A stretch of DNA of 64,000 nucleotides, taken from positions 1,065,931 to 1,129,930 of the forward strand of contig MNCI01000556.1 of the NCBI GenBank assembly GCA_015680685.1, given 5' to 3'. Within the stretch, counting starts at the first letter, position 1. Every line of letters begins with the position of its first letter. Origin of the DNA: Gnetum montanum (Eukaryota; Plantae; Gnetophyta). Made by a program: the position numbers and the translations under genes. The notes under the pieces were generated by a model. The model was not told the origin of the DNA and ran no database searches. It worked only from the letters and a program-made list of their open reading frames with translations. Shown in pieces: positions 25,275 to 36,499 of this stretch.

Positions 25275-26659
25275 GTCAAACTCTAGAGGATCTGCTCGAG
25301 AGACATCGACAAAGAATACAAAACACCATGAGAAACAAAACACCAACATTGCTCTCTAGTGGTCACTTAGATGTTGCTTTGCTACGATTGGGAGTGCTAG
25401 GATGGTCAAGTAAGTAAAAGGGGTAGACGATGGATTTGGGGAAATAGGTTTAGGAAAGGAAAAGATGTAACATAGTGCAGTTCCTCATCAAAGTACTTGT
25501 GAGGGATTCCAATGTGCATGGGCATCTTTCTTTGCTGACTTTTCCCCTTCCCTTGGAATGCTTAGAGATAGTCATTTTGCAATAGTTGTGCCATTTATTT
25601 TGGGCACCCTTTTTTCATTTTGAGCTCTTTTGCTCTTTTACTCTTTTGCACTTTTCTTTTACTATTTAGCCATGTTCACTTGCAAACAACCTTGTTGTTG
25701 CAAAACATGTGTTTCCTCCCTGAGATGAGTTGTCTTACATCCATGTGGGGCTTTCACCTACCTATAAATTCTTCCCGTGCGGCGAGTTGTGTTATGTGCA
25801 TAATGGACTTGGTGGTCATGTATGTGGGGGGAGAGGGTGGGGGATTTATATGCATTGGGAAAGTTTGTAAAAGAGGTGTGAAGGAAAAATGCGAGTATAA
25901 GAAGCAAGCTCAAGAGGGTTAGAAGGGAGGGTGGGATGTGCACTCGCAAGTAGCCAAGCTAGTCGGAACGATCACTTCAGAACGATGTAGTGTCCTGCTT
26001 TCCTGGCAAAATGCATCTCTAAGCGATGTCACCTTGGCCTGTATCCTGCAAACATAATAGAGAGAAAACCAAGAAAATGTAACCATGAAATGTAGTAAGG
26101 GAAAAGTCCACTTGCTTTAGACATTGCTGAAGTAATGAGCATTGTTGCTAAGGCATGCGACATCCAAAGTAGGAAGTCTAGCAGTGGTTTTGATAGTGAT
26201 AGACTGAAGGGGTTGGCATTGAAGAGGCTAGGAGTTGTGGTGATGCGAGTGCTTAGGATTTCCTGCCCAAGGAAAACATCATGCAGCTCAACTATATGAT
26301 GAGAAGCCTAATAGCTGAACGTCTTTTGGGCTTAGATGATGGCGAGGGCTAGAGGGTACCAACTCTGTGGCTAGGCCAAAATAGTGCTGGGACTCCAGCA
26401 GTAGACGTTGATGATAGGAGCTACTGCCAAGATGACTGGCTATGGTAGCGGTAGCTTCAAAAGGTCAGCAAGATGTCAGAAAACATCTCCAGAGGATCAA
26501 AAAGATGCTAGGGGTAGTGGCACTACATGTGTTCTAGAGGGTGTTTCCTTAGAAATGTGAAATGCATTCTAGAACTACAACATCCCACCCCATCTTATCA
26601 CTATGCATGCTCGCTTGTTTGTAGGATTGTGGATGTGAGCTGAGAATGTTATGCTGTGA

Positions 26660-26905
26660 ACTCAATTTAAGGTCTTGGTAGACCATCAGATGTACCTATT
26701 TAAGGTTCCAATAGATTGTGATGTACTATTTTAAGATCCTAGCAGATTGTTGTGCTAGTTTATCGTTGTAGAAGACGGTGGATGGGCCAGTTTAAGGTCA
26801 TAATGAACCATACTGTGGGTGCCAGTTTTACATCATAGCCCAATGACGTATTGTGCCAGTTTATAATCATAGAGAACTATCTGTGCTAGTTTATAGTCAT
26901 AGCAA
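26660..26905 (-). repeat. 3' UTR array of GAC/GGC-n-n-TAAACT motif (family A unit 1)
   Basis: On the + strand: repeated agtttaaggtc, agtttataatc, agtttatagtc at ~30-bp spacing. Confidence 0.75.
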
Positions 26906-26932
26906 ACTATCTATGATGACCTTGTTTTTACA

Positions 26933-29900
26933 TCAGACGTAGTATGGCTTGAGGTATAAGTGGTTCATAGGATTTGTAAACTCTTTGCCATCCATGTTGG
27001 CCAGTTTGAAGGCCCCATTCTCATAGGCTTTCATGACTATGAACGGACCTTCCCAGTTTTCTGAGAACATTTTTACATGTGCATGAATAGCTTTGAGAAC
27101 TAGGTCCCCATTTTTGATCAACCATTGATGTAGATTGAAACAATGCTTTTGCCGCTACTTGTCTTGGTACCATTCGATATGGCCAAGAGTTTGGGCACGC
27201 TCCTCCTCTATAAAGTTAAGGTCAATGATCCTTTACTCATCATTTTGAGCTTCATTCACGATGCTTGAAAGGATCATATGAAGTGATGGTACCTATAATT
27301 TAAGAGGTAACACTGCTTCAAATCCATAAACAAGGTTGTAGGGAGTCTTACCTATGGCTGTTCTGCATGTCATATGGTAAGCCCACAACATGTAGGGGAT
27401 TTGCTCATGCCATCGTCTCTTGCTATTGCTAAGAATCCTTTTGAGCAAGTTGATGATTTCCTTGTTTATTTTCTCTACTTAACAATTTTCATGTGGATAG
27501 TATGGCGATGAAAAGGATTGCTTGATGCCGAGGTTGCTAAAAAAAGGTTTTGGTTTGTGCACAACTAAACTGTGGCCCGTTGTCTATCACAATAGTTATG
27601 GGAAGACCAAACCTTGTTACTATGTTGTCTAGGATGAAGTGGAAAACCTATTCAGATGTAGTCTTCCTAAGGGGGATAGCCTCTACCCACTTTGTAAAGT
27701 ACTTAGTGGCAATGATGATTAAGCTATGTCTTGTGGAAGACTTAGCCATGATGGGTCCTATGATATCTACTTCTCAACATTGGAATGGCCACGTAATCTA
27801 TGTAGGATGTAACTCAGTAGGTGAGACATGTATAAGATTTGCATGATGTTGTCATGTATCACACATCCTAACTTTGGCAAGGCAATCTTGTTCAATGCAA
27901 GGCTAGTAGTACCCTAGGCATATGATCTTCTCTACCATAGCTATAGGGGCTCTATGTCCTCCACATAATCCCTCATGGATTTCTTTAACAATTTTTTTCA
28001 CTTCTTCCCCACCAACACAACTTAGTAGTATCCCATCAAAGGAGCATTTACATAGGGTGTTATCCCCTCTAGGGACATACTGTCAAGCTCGCTTTTAGAT
28101 CAAATCCATTTGAGTGGATGTCAAGCCATGTGGGGTTCACCATGTTGAAGATAGGCTTTAACGTTAGTGTACTACTCTTGGGTATTAGTAGTGTTGACAA
28201 CTGCAATGTGTGTTGCTTGGGTGATAGGATCAGTGCATTCTATTATTGAAGTAGGAAAAGTTGCAAATAGGCACAATGGCACATTCAATGCTAACGTGGC
28301 TAAGACATCTGCTACGGTATTCCCATAAGGCTATAAGTGTGAAGCTTTATAGGCATAGACGTTGGTAACCTGGTTGACAACAAGTTGGGAATCACCTCAG
28401 ATTGCCAAATGTTGGATCTCTAGTTCCTAAGCTGCTAAGAGCACCCTAAGGAGTCCTTCGTACTCAGCTACATTGTTTGTACAAAGGAACATAAAACGGT
28501 AAGATAAAGGATAAATATCCCCTAAGGGAAATGTAATGATGGTAGCAACACTACCACCTCTCGTAGTTGAGGCACCATCAAAATGCAAAGTGGCCTTGAA
28601 GTGTAATGGCATAGGATTAATGATGTTGACATGTTTGTCGGGGAACTTTGGCTATATCGTTGTCTGATCATCGATGGGTGAAGTTATGAGCTGTGTAGCT
28701 ATTGTTTGTCCCTTTGTCAATGATTGGGATACATAGTGTAAATCAAATTCCACTATTATAGCTTTCCATTGGGCTATCCTACTGCTCGTATAAATTATTT
28801 GTGATAGCTCGAAGTATGTTGCTCTTGCATATGATATTAACCTTGCTACAGAACACGTAATGTCTTCAGCTTTTTAGTGCAAACACTAAAGAGAGATAAT
28901 TTCTTTCTACTTCATTATACTTTTCCTCATAAGCTATTAGTGCATGGCTTATGTAATAAACCAAGATTTCAGAATCATCATCTTTCTTCTGGCATAACAA
29001 TGCTGCAATAGATGTGCCCAAAGTGGTGAGGTAGATGTAGAAAGGCTTATTCCTCTATGGTGGGTAAATAGTTGGGAGGTGCAAAAGCTCTTTCTTTAAG
29101 TCATTGAAGACTTGTTGACATTATTTTATCCACTCGAAGTTGACCCCCTTCTTTAGTAGGTGTTGCATGAGGTTTAACTTGTTGGTCAACCTCGCTATAA
29201 ACCTTCTGATAAACTGTATTCTGCCTTGCAACTGGTGCAATTCTTTAATGTTGTTAGGTGGTGCTACGTTAATGATGGGTTTATCTTTGTCAGGGTTCAC
29301 TCTCGTATTCTAGCTTCCAATACTACAAACCCTAGCATGCATTTGGTTTTAACCCCAAAACCACATGTCCTTGGGTTGAGACGCAAGTCATGCCTATGAC
29401 AACATTTGAGAACTACATCTAGATCATTGGGATGATCAATAGCTCCCTTAGATTTGACTGCTATGTCATCCACGTAATTGTTTAGTCTCTCCAAGAGATA
29501 ATTGCTAAAAATGTACATAATGGAATGTTGATAGGTTGCTCCGGTGTTTTTGAGTCCAAAGGGCATCATGGTGTAATAAAAGGTTCCCCAAGGGGTCATG
29601 AAAGTAGTTGTTAACTGATGCTCTGGGTTGATGCGTATCTAGTTGGAGCCTGAGAACCCATCCATAAAGGACAGTAAAGCATGACCAGTGGTAGTGTTAA
29701 TAAGTTGATCAATACTTGCTAATGGGAAATCATCTTTAATCATTGCTTTATTCAGATCTCGAAAGTCTATACAAATTTGTATACCTCCCATTTTCTTAGA
29801 GACTACAATGATGTTAAACACCCACTCCGAGCAATCGATCACGTGAATGAAACTAGCTTGATACAGCTTGGTGATTTCATCACATACAACTAGTGTAATT

Positions 29901-30346
29901 TCCGGTTTGATTTTTCAAGCCTTTTTTTGACTGCCTTGATACATGGATCTAAGACAATGTTATGTTGTGTGAGCCGTGGGTCTAGGCCTAGCATGTTATT
30001 ATAGGACCATGCAAACACTTTCATATTATCTTGGAGAACCTTAGATATGTCCTTTTGCATTTGTGAATCTAGGAGGAAGCTAAGTTTTAATGTCTTTATT
30101 TCCCCCTAGATGTAGTTACAGGTGTTTCAATGAGAGGGTCCTCAGTCATATCCCCAACATCTAAGTCTAAGGCTTGGATCAGATGTTCGGGCTAATCTAT
30201 GGATGTTTCCAAGGATGCTATGGTGTTGTCAGTAGATGATTCCCAGTCTATTGATTCTGAGTTTAGGTATCTCATGAGCTTTCCATGAGGACTTGTCAGG
30301 GTTAAAAGTGAATGTAGATCATCGTGCATGGCCATTTTTATTAAAC
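26933..30346 (-). pseudogene. Family A unit 1 RT-RNaseH-aRH-integrase
   Basis: CIDFRDLNKA.IKDDFPL..IDQLI..TTGHALLSFMDGFSG; YTMMPFGLKNTGATYQ; YVDD; LHFDGAS...CTNNVAEYEGL (aRH); ENWEGPF.V.KAYENGAFKL (GPY/F). Confidence 0.92.
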
Positions 30347-30469
30347 CTATCACAATAGGAAAAAATACCAAGTCAAGTGATACCTATTTGTAGCAACAAT
30401 ACTTAATAAATGTTTGTAAAGTACTAATGCAACATGAGGTAATCGTAAATTACTATGTAAACTTTGCAA

Positions 30470-30800
30470 GTTGCTAGTTTCAAGTCTTAGCAGACCACAA
30501 TCATGTACAACCTATACATCAGAATTTCCAGTTTAAGGTCTTAGTGGATCGTTAACAGGTTTGAGAATGTGAGGGGCATTAACTTTGATAGTTTAAGATC
30601 ATAGTAGACTGTAACGATACAGAGTTTGGTCTAAGATATCAAATAAATGCTAAAATTTCTACGTTAAGGTCTTAGTGGATCATCATCAAAATACATTGTA
30701 GGTTGACATTAACCATAATGATGTAAAACTTGTTTAAAATATGAGATAGACATTAAAATTTCTAGTTTAAGGTCATAGCAGATTGTTAACGAGTTTAAAG
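30470..30800 (-). repeat. TAAACT-motif array on the RT side of the family A cargo
   Basis: On the + strand: repeated agtttaaggtcttagtggatc, agtttaagatcatagtagac, agtttaaggtcatagcagat. Confidence 0.7.
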
Positions 30801-30915
30801 TTTGGTGGGCGTACTACTGTTACACTGTAATGGGATTTTGCTATAATGATGCTATGCTATAGGGGTGTCCCTTATTACTCAGGATACAAGAATGCCAAGT
30901 TTTCACCACATCAAC

Positions 30916-30923
30916 TATAAATA
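30916..30923 (+). promoter_or_regulatory. TATA box of family A antisense cargo gene
   Basis: ctataaataggg ~135 nt upstream of the ATG at 31056; a similar TATA-GGG...gtcattt element sits upstream of the cargo gene in family B (58061-58070). Confidence 0.7.
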
Positions 30924-31055
30924 GGGGTTTACCCCTGGTAAACTTGTCATTTTCATTGTCAGAGCCCAGATTCCATACTCAGAGCGTAGCACAATTACGT
31001 AGAGAGACAACGAACTAGTGTAGCATAGTAGTTGATAGAATTCGCAAGTGAGATA

Positions 31056-34000
31056 ATGGCACCCAAAGGTGAACGCAAGCACCGAGGTCTTGCCAAGGTA
31101 GACGAGATGAAGGACACTTTGGGATGCCTATCCAAGGTGTGCATTGAAGTGCAGGAGGAGGCTTCGTCTACTCAGTAAGTCACTACGCTACCCTTATTTT
31201 CTTTAGGTGATGAATCGAGTTAGATCTGTGGTTGTGGTGAAATTTGCATCTATTGTTACTATTTTGGTTATCCTTTTGGCCACTACGTTGTCATTGTTGC
31301 TAGTTGGCCAATGGTCATATGGATGCTATGCTATGGCAGGATGCAGCATTGCTCTAGCTGCCATTGTTAAGAATGATGACTAATTTGTTGCGAGGGTTTT
31401 TGTGGTTCTGGGAAGCGTAGTGCATGCTTGGCGTAGTATATCATCCTTAGAAGGCTTTAGTTATCTACAAGATTTTTTATGGCAGCGTGATGCATGTTTA
31501 GCGTAATGTGGCGCAAGTTATTTCATGTGGCAAGATAGGATTGGGATGGTGGGGCACTTTGAATTCTTCCTCATCTATGCTATTTAAGGTTGCAATGTTT
31601 TTTTTTTGTTTCTATTACGCTATGCCATTTTGTCATAAGGCCTTTAGGCCATGATATTGGTCGTATTGCATTGCTATGTTGTTGAACCTGTAACATTGTT
31701 ACATTGTTAAATTTTTTTTACTATCAAGTTTGTAATGTCCCCATGCCTATTATAGTGGTATGTTTGTTATATTGTCACATGCCTACCTAGGCTTATTCAT
31801 TTACTGTCTTGCTACGCTGTGCATATCGCAGTTGTCACCTTTAAACGAGAGTCTAACTATTATGTTGCATGCCTTTTATGTTATGTTGTGTAGCTCATAA
31901 CTATTACCATAATGCACCATCACCATTGTTACACTGTGCGGGGTTTGATGACTACGCTATGCTACAAGTGACACTATTATGTTGCCTATATTGTTTAACT
32001 TTGTTTTATGTTAAAGAGGAATTTGCATCTAGAAGATCATGCTACGCTACATGCAAAGAGAGGGTCAAGCTACGCTATATGTAAACAGATGATTATGCTA
32101 TGCTATGTGTAAACTTCACTCAAACATAGTGTTAACGTTTGATACTTTATCATGCAAGGTCATGTTGAAATCCATCCTGATTGTCCTTGAGGTGGTTGGA
32201 TTCTTGTGCTGCCTCAGTGAACTTGTGGCCAACATCCCTCCTCCCCATGCACCTGTGGGATAGTAGGTAGCTTAGTTCTAGGAGGGTGTGCAAGAATTCT
32301 TATAGATCCTCCTCCACTATTTCAGTGTGATCATGTGGTCACACCTATCAGTCGAGACAATAATTGCAATTACAGAAACACTGTTGCTTGTTGCCTGAGG
32401 TGAATCAGGGCATTCTAAAGTTCCTGTCGGATGGGGTGAATAGAGGTGAAGGTGCAGCAGGTTCCAAAAAGTGCCCAAAATGCTTGAGGCACTTAAGTTG
32501 GATCTGGAAAATGCCTAAGTACAAATGCTACCACTTATATAACATATTATATGTTTCCTGTCACATGGGCTCTTGTTTTCAGAACCCACTTGGAACCGTT
32601 TATTATGCTGACAGGTGAGTTCTGTGAAGGTATTTTAACATGTTATATAATCTATGTTATGCTAGACAGAGGTGTTAACTACATTTTTTATGTATTTCCA
32701 AGTTTTATATTGATAGGAATGGTCTTCACGGTGATACAGATGCCTTGGCATTGGCACAAATGACCTTGTAGTAATTCTCCTCTTCCGGGAACATGCACAC
32801 CGACGTAATAGGACAACTTGGGCTTGAGTTTACAACCTATCCAACATGTTATTCCCAATTTTATGGGAAGTGTAGGGAAGTAGGTTGATTGGATAGAGAG
32901 TGGGCATCCCTCAGACCGCTCACCATCGAAGATGTGCTACTGGAGCTCCCACCATTTTCAATGCCATTTAAACCTAGTACGCTAAGCTATGAATTCGTTG
33001 TAATGTGTTTGAGTGATGATGTTATTTCATTATTTTTCTTTTTTTTTCTAACTTTCTCTTTTTGTTGTTTTGCAAACTATTACAGTGGTGACAGAGTCCT
33101 AAGAGGTCACTATGATCACCTCTAGGAATAATGAAACCAACCTCTTTTTCAAGTATAGGGAGGTGGAGGAGACACAACGTTGGCTTTGCAATGGGGCCCC
33201 AGCTGCCCTTGTCCACAACCTTCAGGAGGTTGGGCTCATGGACTTATTTTTAGCTATAAACCCAAGCATCTCACCTACTAAAATGCTTTCCCTAGCTAAC
33301 TCCTTTATCGAGAAGGTTGAACACTTTTGTACACGGTTTCACGGTGTACTGGTGGTGTTTGAAATTAATGATAAACTATTTGTGGATATTTTTGATGTCC
33401 CTTCTGATGTTCTCCCTGTGGGAAAAAATCTAGGAAAGATGTGAACCATCAATAGGACATTGAGAAGTGGTGAGGGTCGACAAAGGACCGAAAGGGGATC
33501 TATATTGAAAAGGTCAAGTGTGATTTACCCTATCTTCCATGCCCATGCCTTCCCCAAGCTTCTTTCCCAAGGGAAAATCCTTGGAGTGGAGAAAGCTTGG
33601 ATAATGAGGGATGTCATGGAAGAAGGGACTTGCTACAACTGGGCCAAGTACCTTTCTGAAGGCTTGCAGGTTGAAATGGTCAAACTTCATAGGAAGATTG
33701 AGTCCCATTTCAATGTAAAATACACCTTGTTTGTAGCCTACCTATGACACTTTGTGGAATTCTTGGTAGTCCGCGACACTTTGTAAAATACACCTTGTTT
33801 GTAGCCTACCTGTGACAAGACCATGCTCAGATTTTCAAACCATGGATTTGCCAAGTTATCCATACCACATGATCCCAAGATCCCTAAGAGGCTATTGGGT
33901 AATCATTTTTCATAACGACAAGGGATTGGGTGGCACACACCTTCCTTTCCAAGGACAACATGGGAGAGGCACCCCCCATTAACATGGGCAGCATGAAAAA

Positions 34001-35913
34001 AGGAGGATGGCTCATTGTAGAGACCATGATGACTATGTTATAATGCAAGAAATCTCGCCTTATTGAAGAGCCTCCTTGTACAAATGAGAAGAGGGGAAAG
34101 AAGTTGCAACTCAGAATTCGCAAAGTGTAGTCCCAAATTGGTAAGTATGCTTAACTATTTAGTTAACAGTTACTACACTATGCTACGCTAGGTAGCATTG
34201 CATAGCGTAGCATCTATTCTAAGCTGGTATACCTTGCTTACTGTAATTCTGGTTTATTAGCAGAGGAAAGAGAAGAGAAAGGAGAAGAAGAGGTTCTAGC
34301 CCATGGAATAGGGGTGACTGGTGAAGATGAAGAGGCCTTGGCCATAGAGAAAAGGGTCCTGGATGATGAAGAAGGGGCCCCTACTACAAAAGAAAGGGCC
34401 TCGGATAGTGAGGAAGAGGCCCCTGCTAATGAAGAGGAGGCCTTGGCCGATGAGGAGGAGGCCTTTGCCAATCAGGAAGGGGCCACTATTGATGATCATT
34501 TTGTTGAGTGAAATTTAGTATTGGAGGTGAATATGAGTGTAGAAGATGCTGCTATGTTGTTGGGTCAGCTAGAAAGAGAGGGGCTCCACTTTGACACTAG
34601 TAAGTTTAACCTCTTGTTTGATAATGTGTCGATGGACGACCCCCATGCTATCACCCCTGAGGGTTTGCTAGGTGGGAGCTTTACATTGTCATTTACATTG
34701 TTCATCAACTTTGTTGTAGTAGATACTACTATCGATAGTCCCAGCCCTTCTTCGATCCTTCTCTGACCATGGACCAAGACCCTTGACAAATTCACTTTTA
34801 TGGAGGGGGTAGTCGATGACATGATTGACCATCTGAGGTAGATCAATCTAGAAATTGGTAAGTTAAAGTTGCTATGCTAGGCTTCCTACATTTTTATAGT
34901 TTCACTATGACACTATGACTGATACCCTTCTATGTGCATTTGGTAGCTTCTCGCTTCAAGTGGAACCCCAAGCTGGTGGTTGAGGTCGATGCCGTACCTG
35001 AATTTGCACAAGAGGTAACCGAAGTATCTTATCACATATATGAAAAAGCAAGAAAATGTACATTGTACTCGGTATGCTCCCTGTGGGAGTACATGCATGT
35101 AAATGAAGACCTCTGGAAATGAGTGAAAATGATTGAAAAGGAGAAGACCAAATTAACTGCTGAGGTGGGGGATTTGCAATCTAGGAATGAATTCCTGTTG
35201 GCCTAGGAAACTAACGATGGAAGTTGGTGTATAGTTTTCATCGACTATGCAAGATATTGGATGACCATGCAATGCAACAATGAATCCACACGTAAAATAA
35301 TTGAATAACACATTCAAATGGACCTTCTACCCCAAAAGAACCAAGATTGGAAGGATTATAGTGTGAATGTTTACGAGTGGGGGCAGGCATAGAAAAATCA
35401 CAAACACATGTATAAATTGGAATGTGTCATCTACCGTAAATAGTATCAGGATACTTCAGTCAAGTTGCATACCCATGAGCTATTCCTTGACGTTATTGGA
35501 ACTTTTGGATCTTATGATAGGTTCATGCAACAAGTGATAGTCGGTAACTCTCTTGAAAGGGAGATGACTCTACCCACAGGCAAGACCACCACTACCACCT
35601 TTTCTCTAGGATCAACCAGATGGATAGCTATAGAAAAGGAGAAGGTTGTAGCAAGCACTGATATGGGAGACAGGAATTGGACTAACATCATTGAGTAGGA
35701 GATCTTACAATGTCTCATAACTAGCATGGATTGGATACCCCCTGATATGCGGGGCCATCTCGCATCATTCATCTTTTGTGGTGTATAGTTTATTTTATAA
35801 AAGCCTTTATTGTAGCTTTAACTAATTTTTTTATATTCTTTGTGGTGCAGGATCCAAACAAAAACATAGGACCCAATGAAGCAAGGGATAATGATGCAGG
35901 TGAAGACTCATAG
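31056..35913 (+). pseudogene. Family A antisense cargo gene, 8 exons (FCP1/NIF-like + PMD-like + acidic + coiled coil), decayed
   Basis: Exons ~31056-31174, ~32158-32614, ~32702-32976, 33086-34140, 34264-34599, 34720-34857, 34947-~35744, 35851-35913. GTAAGT/GTGAGT/GTACGC donors; two acceptors need a G>A reversal and the exon-7 donor is unresolved. Exons align with the family B cargo, e.g. EFL*ILLHYFSVIMWSHLS vs EFLTFILNRFKVVVWSHLS and FQNPLGTVYY vs FQNPPGTVYW. Confidence 0.85.
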
Positions 35914-36079
35914 TGTAGCAGTGGGGAATTTTATTCTTTCCTTTGAATTTAACAAAAAATTTGTAAAAATTATTGATTGATACTGAATGAAGAATGGAAT
36001 ATGACGAGATATATTTCATTTTGGCTAATCCATTGTATTATTTTTGTTCTTTGTCCTTTTGAGCTCCTTGGGAGCTCCT

Positions 36080-36300
36080 TGTTTTAGTTTTAGGCCATTT
36101 CGGGCCGTTACAATAGTTTAAGGCCATTTTGGACAGTTTCTTAATGATGATTTTTTTATTTTTATTTTTATTGTCAATGTCTCGAAGTAATGAAATTACT
36201 AGTTTTAGGCCTTAGTTGGCCATAGTGGTAGTTTAAGACCATTCCAGGCTATCGTGGGGTGGTAATAAAAAATATTTGCTAGTTTTAGGCCTTAGTGGGA
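36080..36300 (-). repeat. TAAACT-motif array on the PR side of the family A cargo
   Basis: On the + strand: agttttaggccatt, agtttaaggccatt, agttttaggcctt, agtttaagaccatt. Confidence 0.7.
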
Positions 36301-36499
36301 TGCAGTGTTATGTAAATAATGGACGTAACCTAGACAATGTAAACAATGAGAAAGATGTTAGTGTAAATAATGAATACGAAGTAAACAATGTGACTAGTGG
36401 ATGTATCATTGATGCAAGTAGTAATCATGGTGGGAGCAATGATGTGGTTATGCTAACGTAAGCAATGATCACTCTTATAGTAGATTCCTAACCCATCAT

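Noticed and set aside
25620-26450. env-like ORF in the family A 3' UTR (hydrophobic ORFs 25620-25922, 25758-25949, 42860-43150)
   Set aside because: Frames are not preserved between units 1 and 2 and there is no clear peptide match in family B; hydrophobicity follows from low-complexity base composition.
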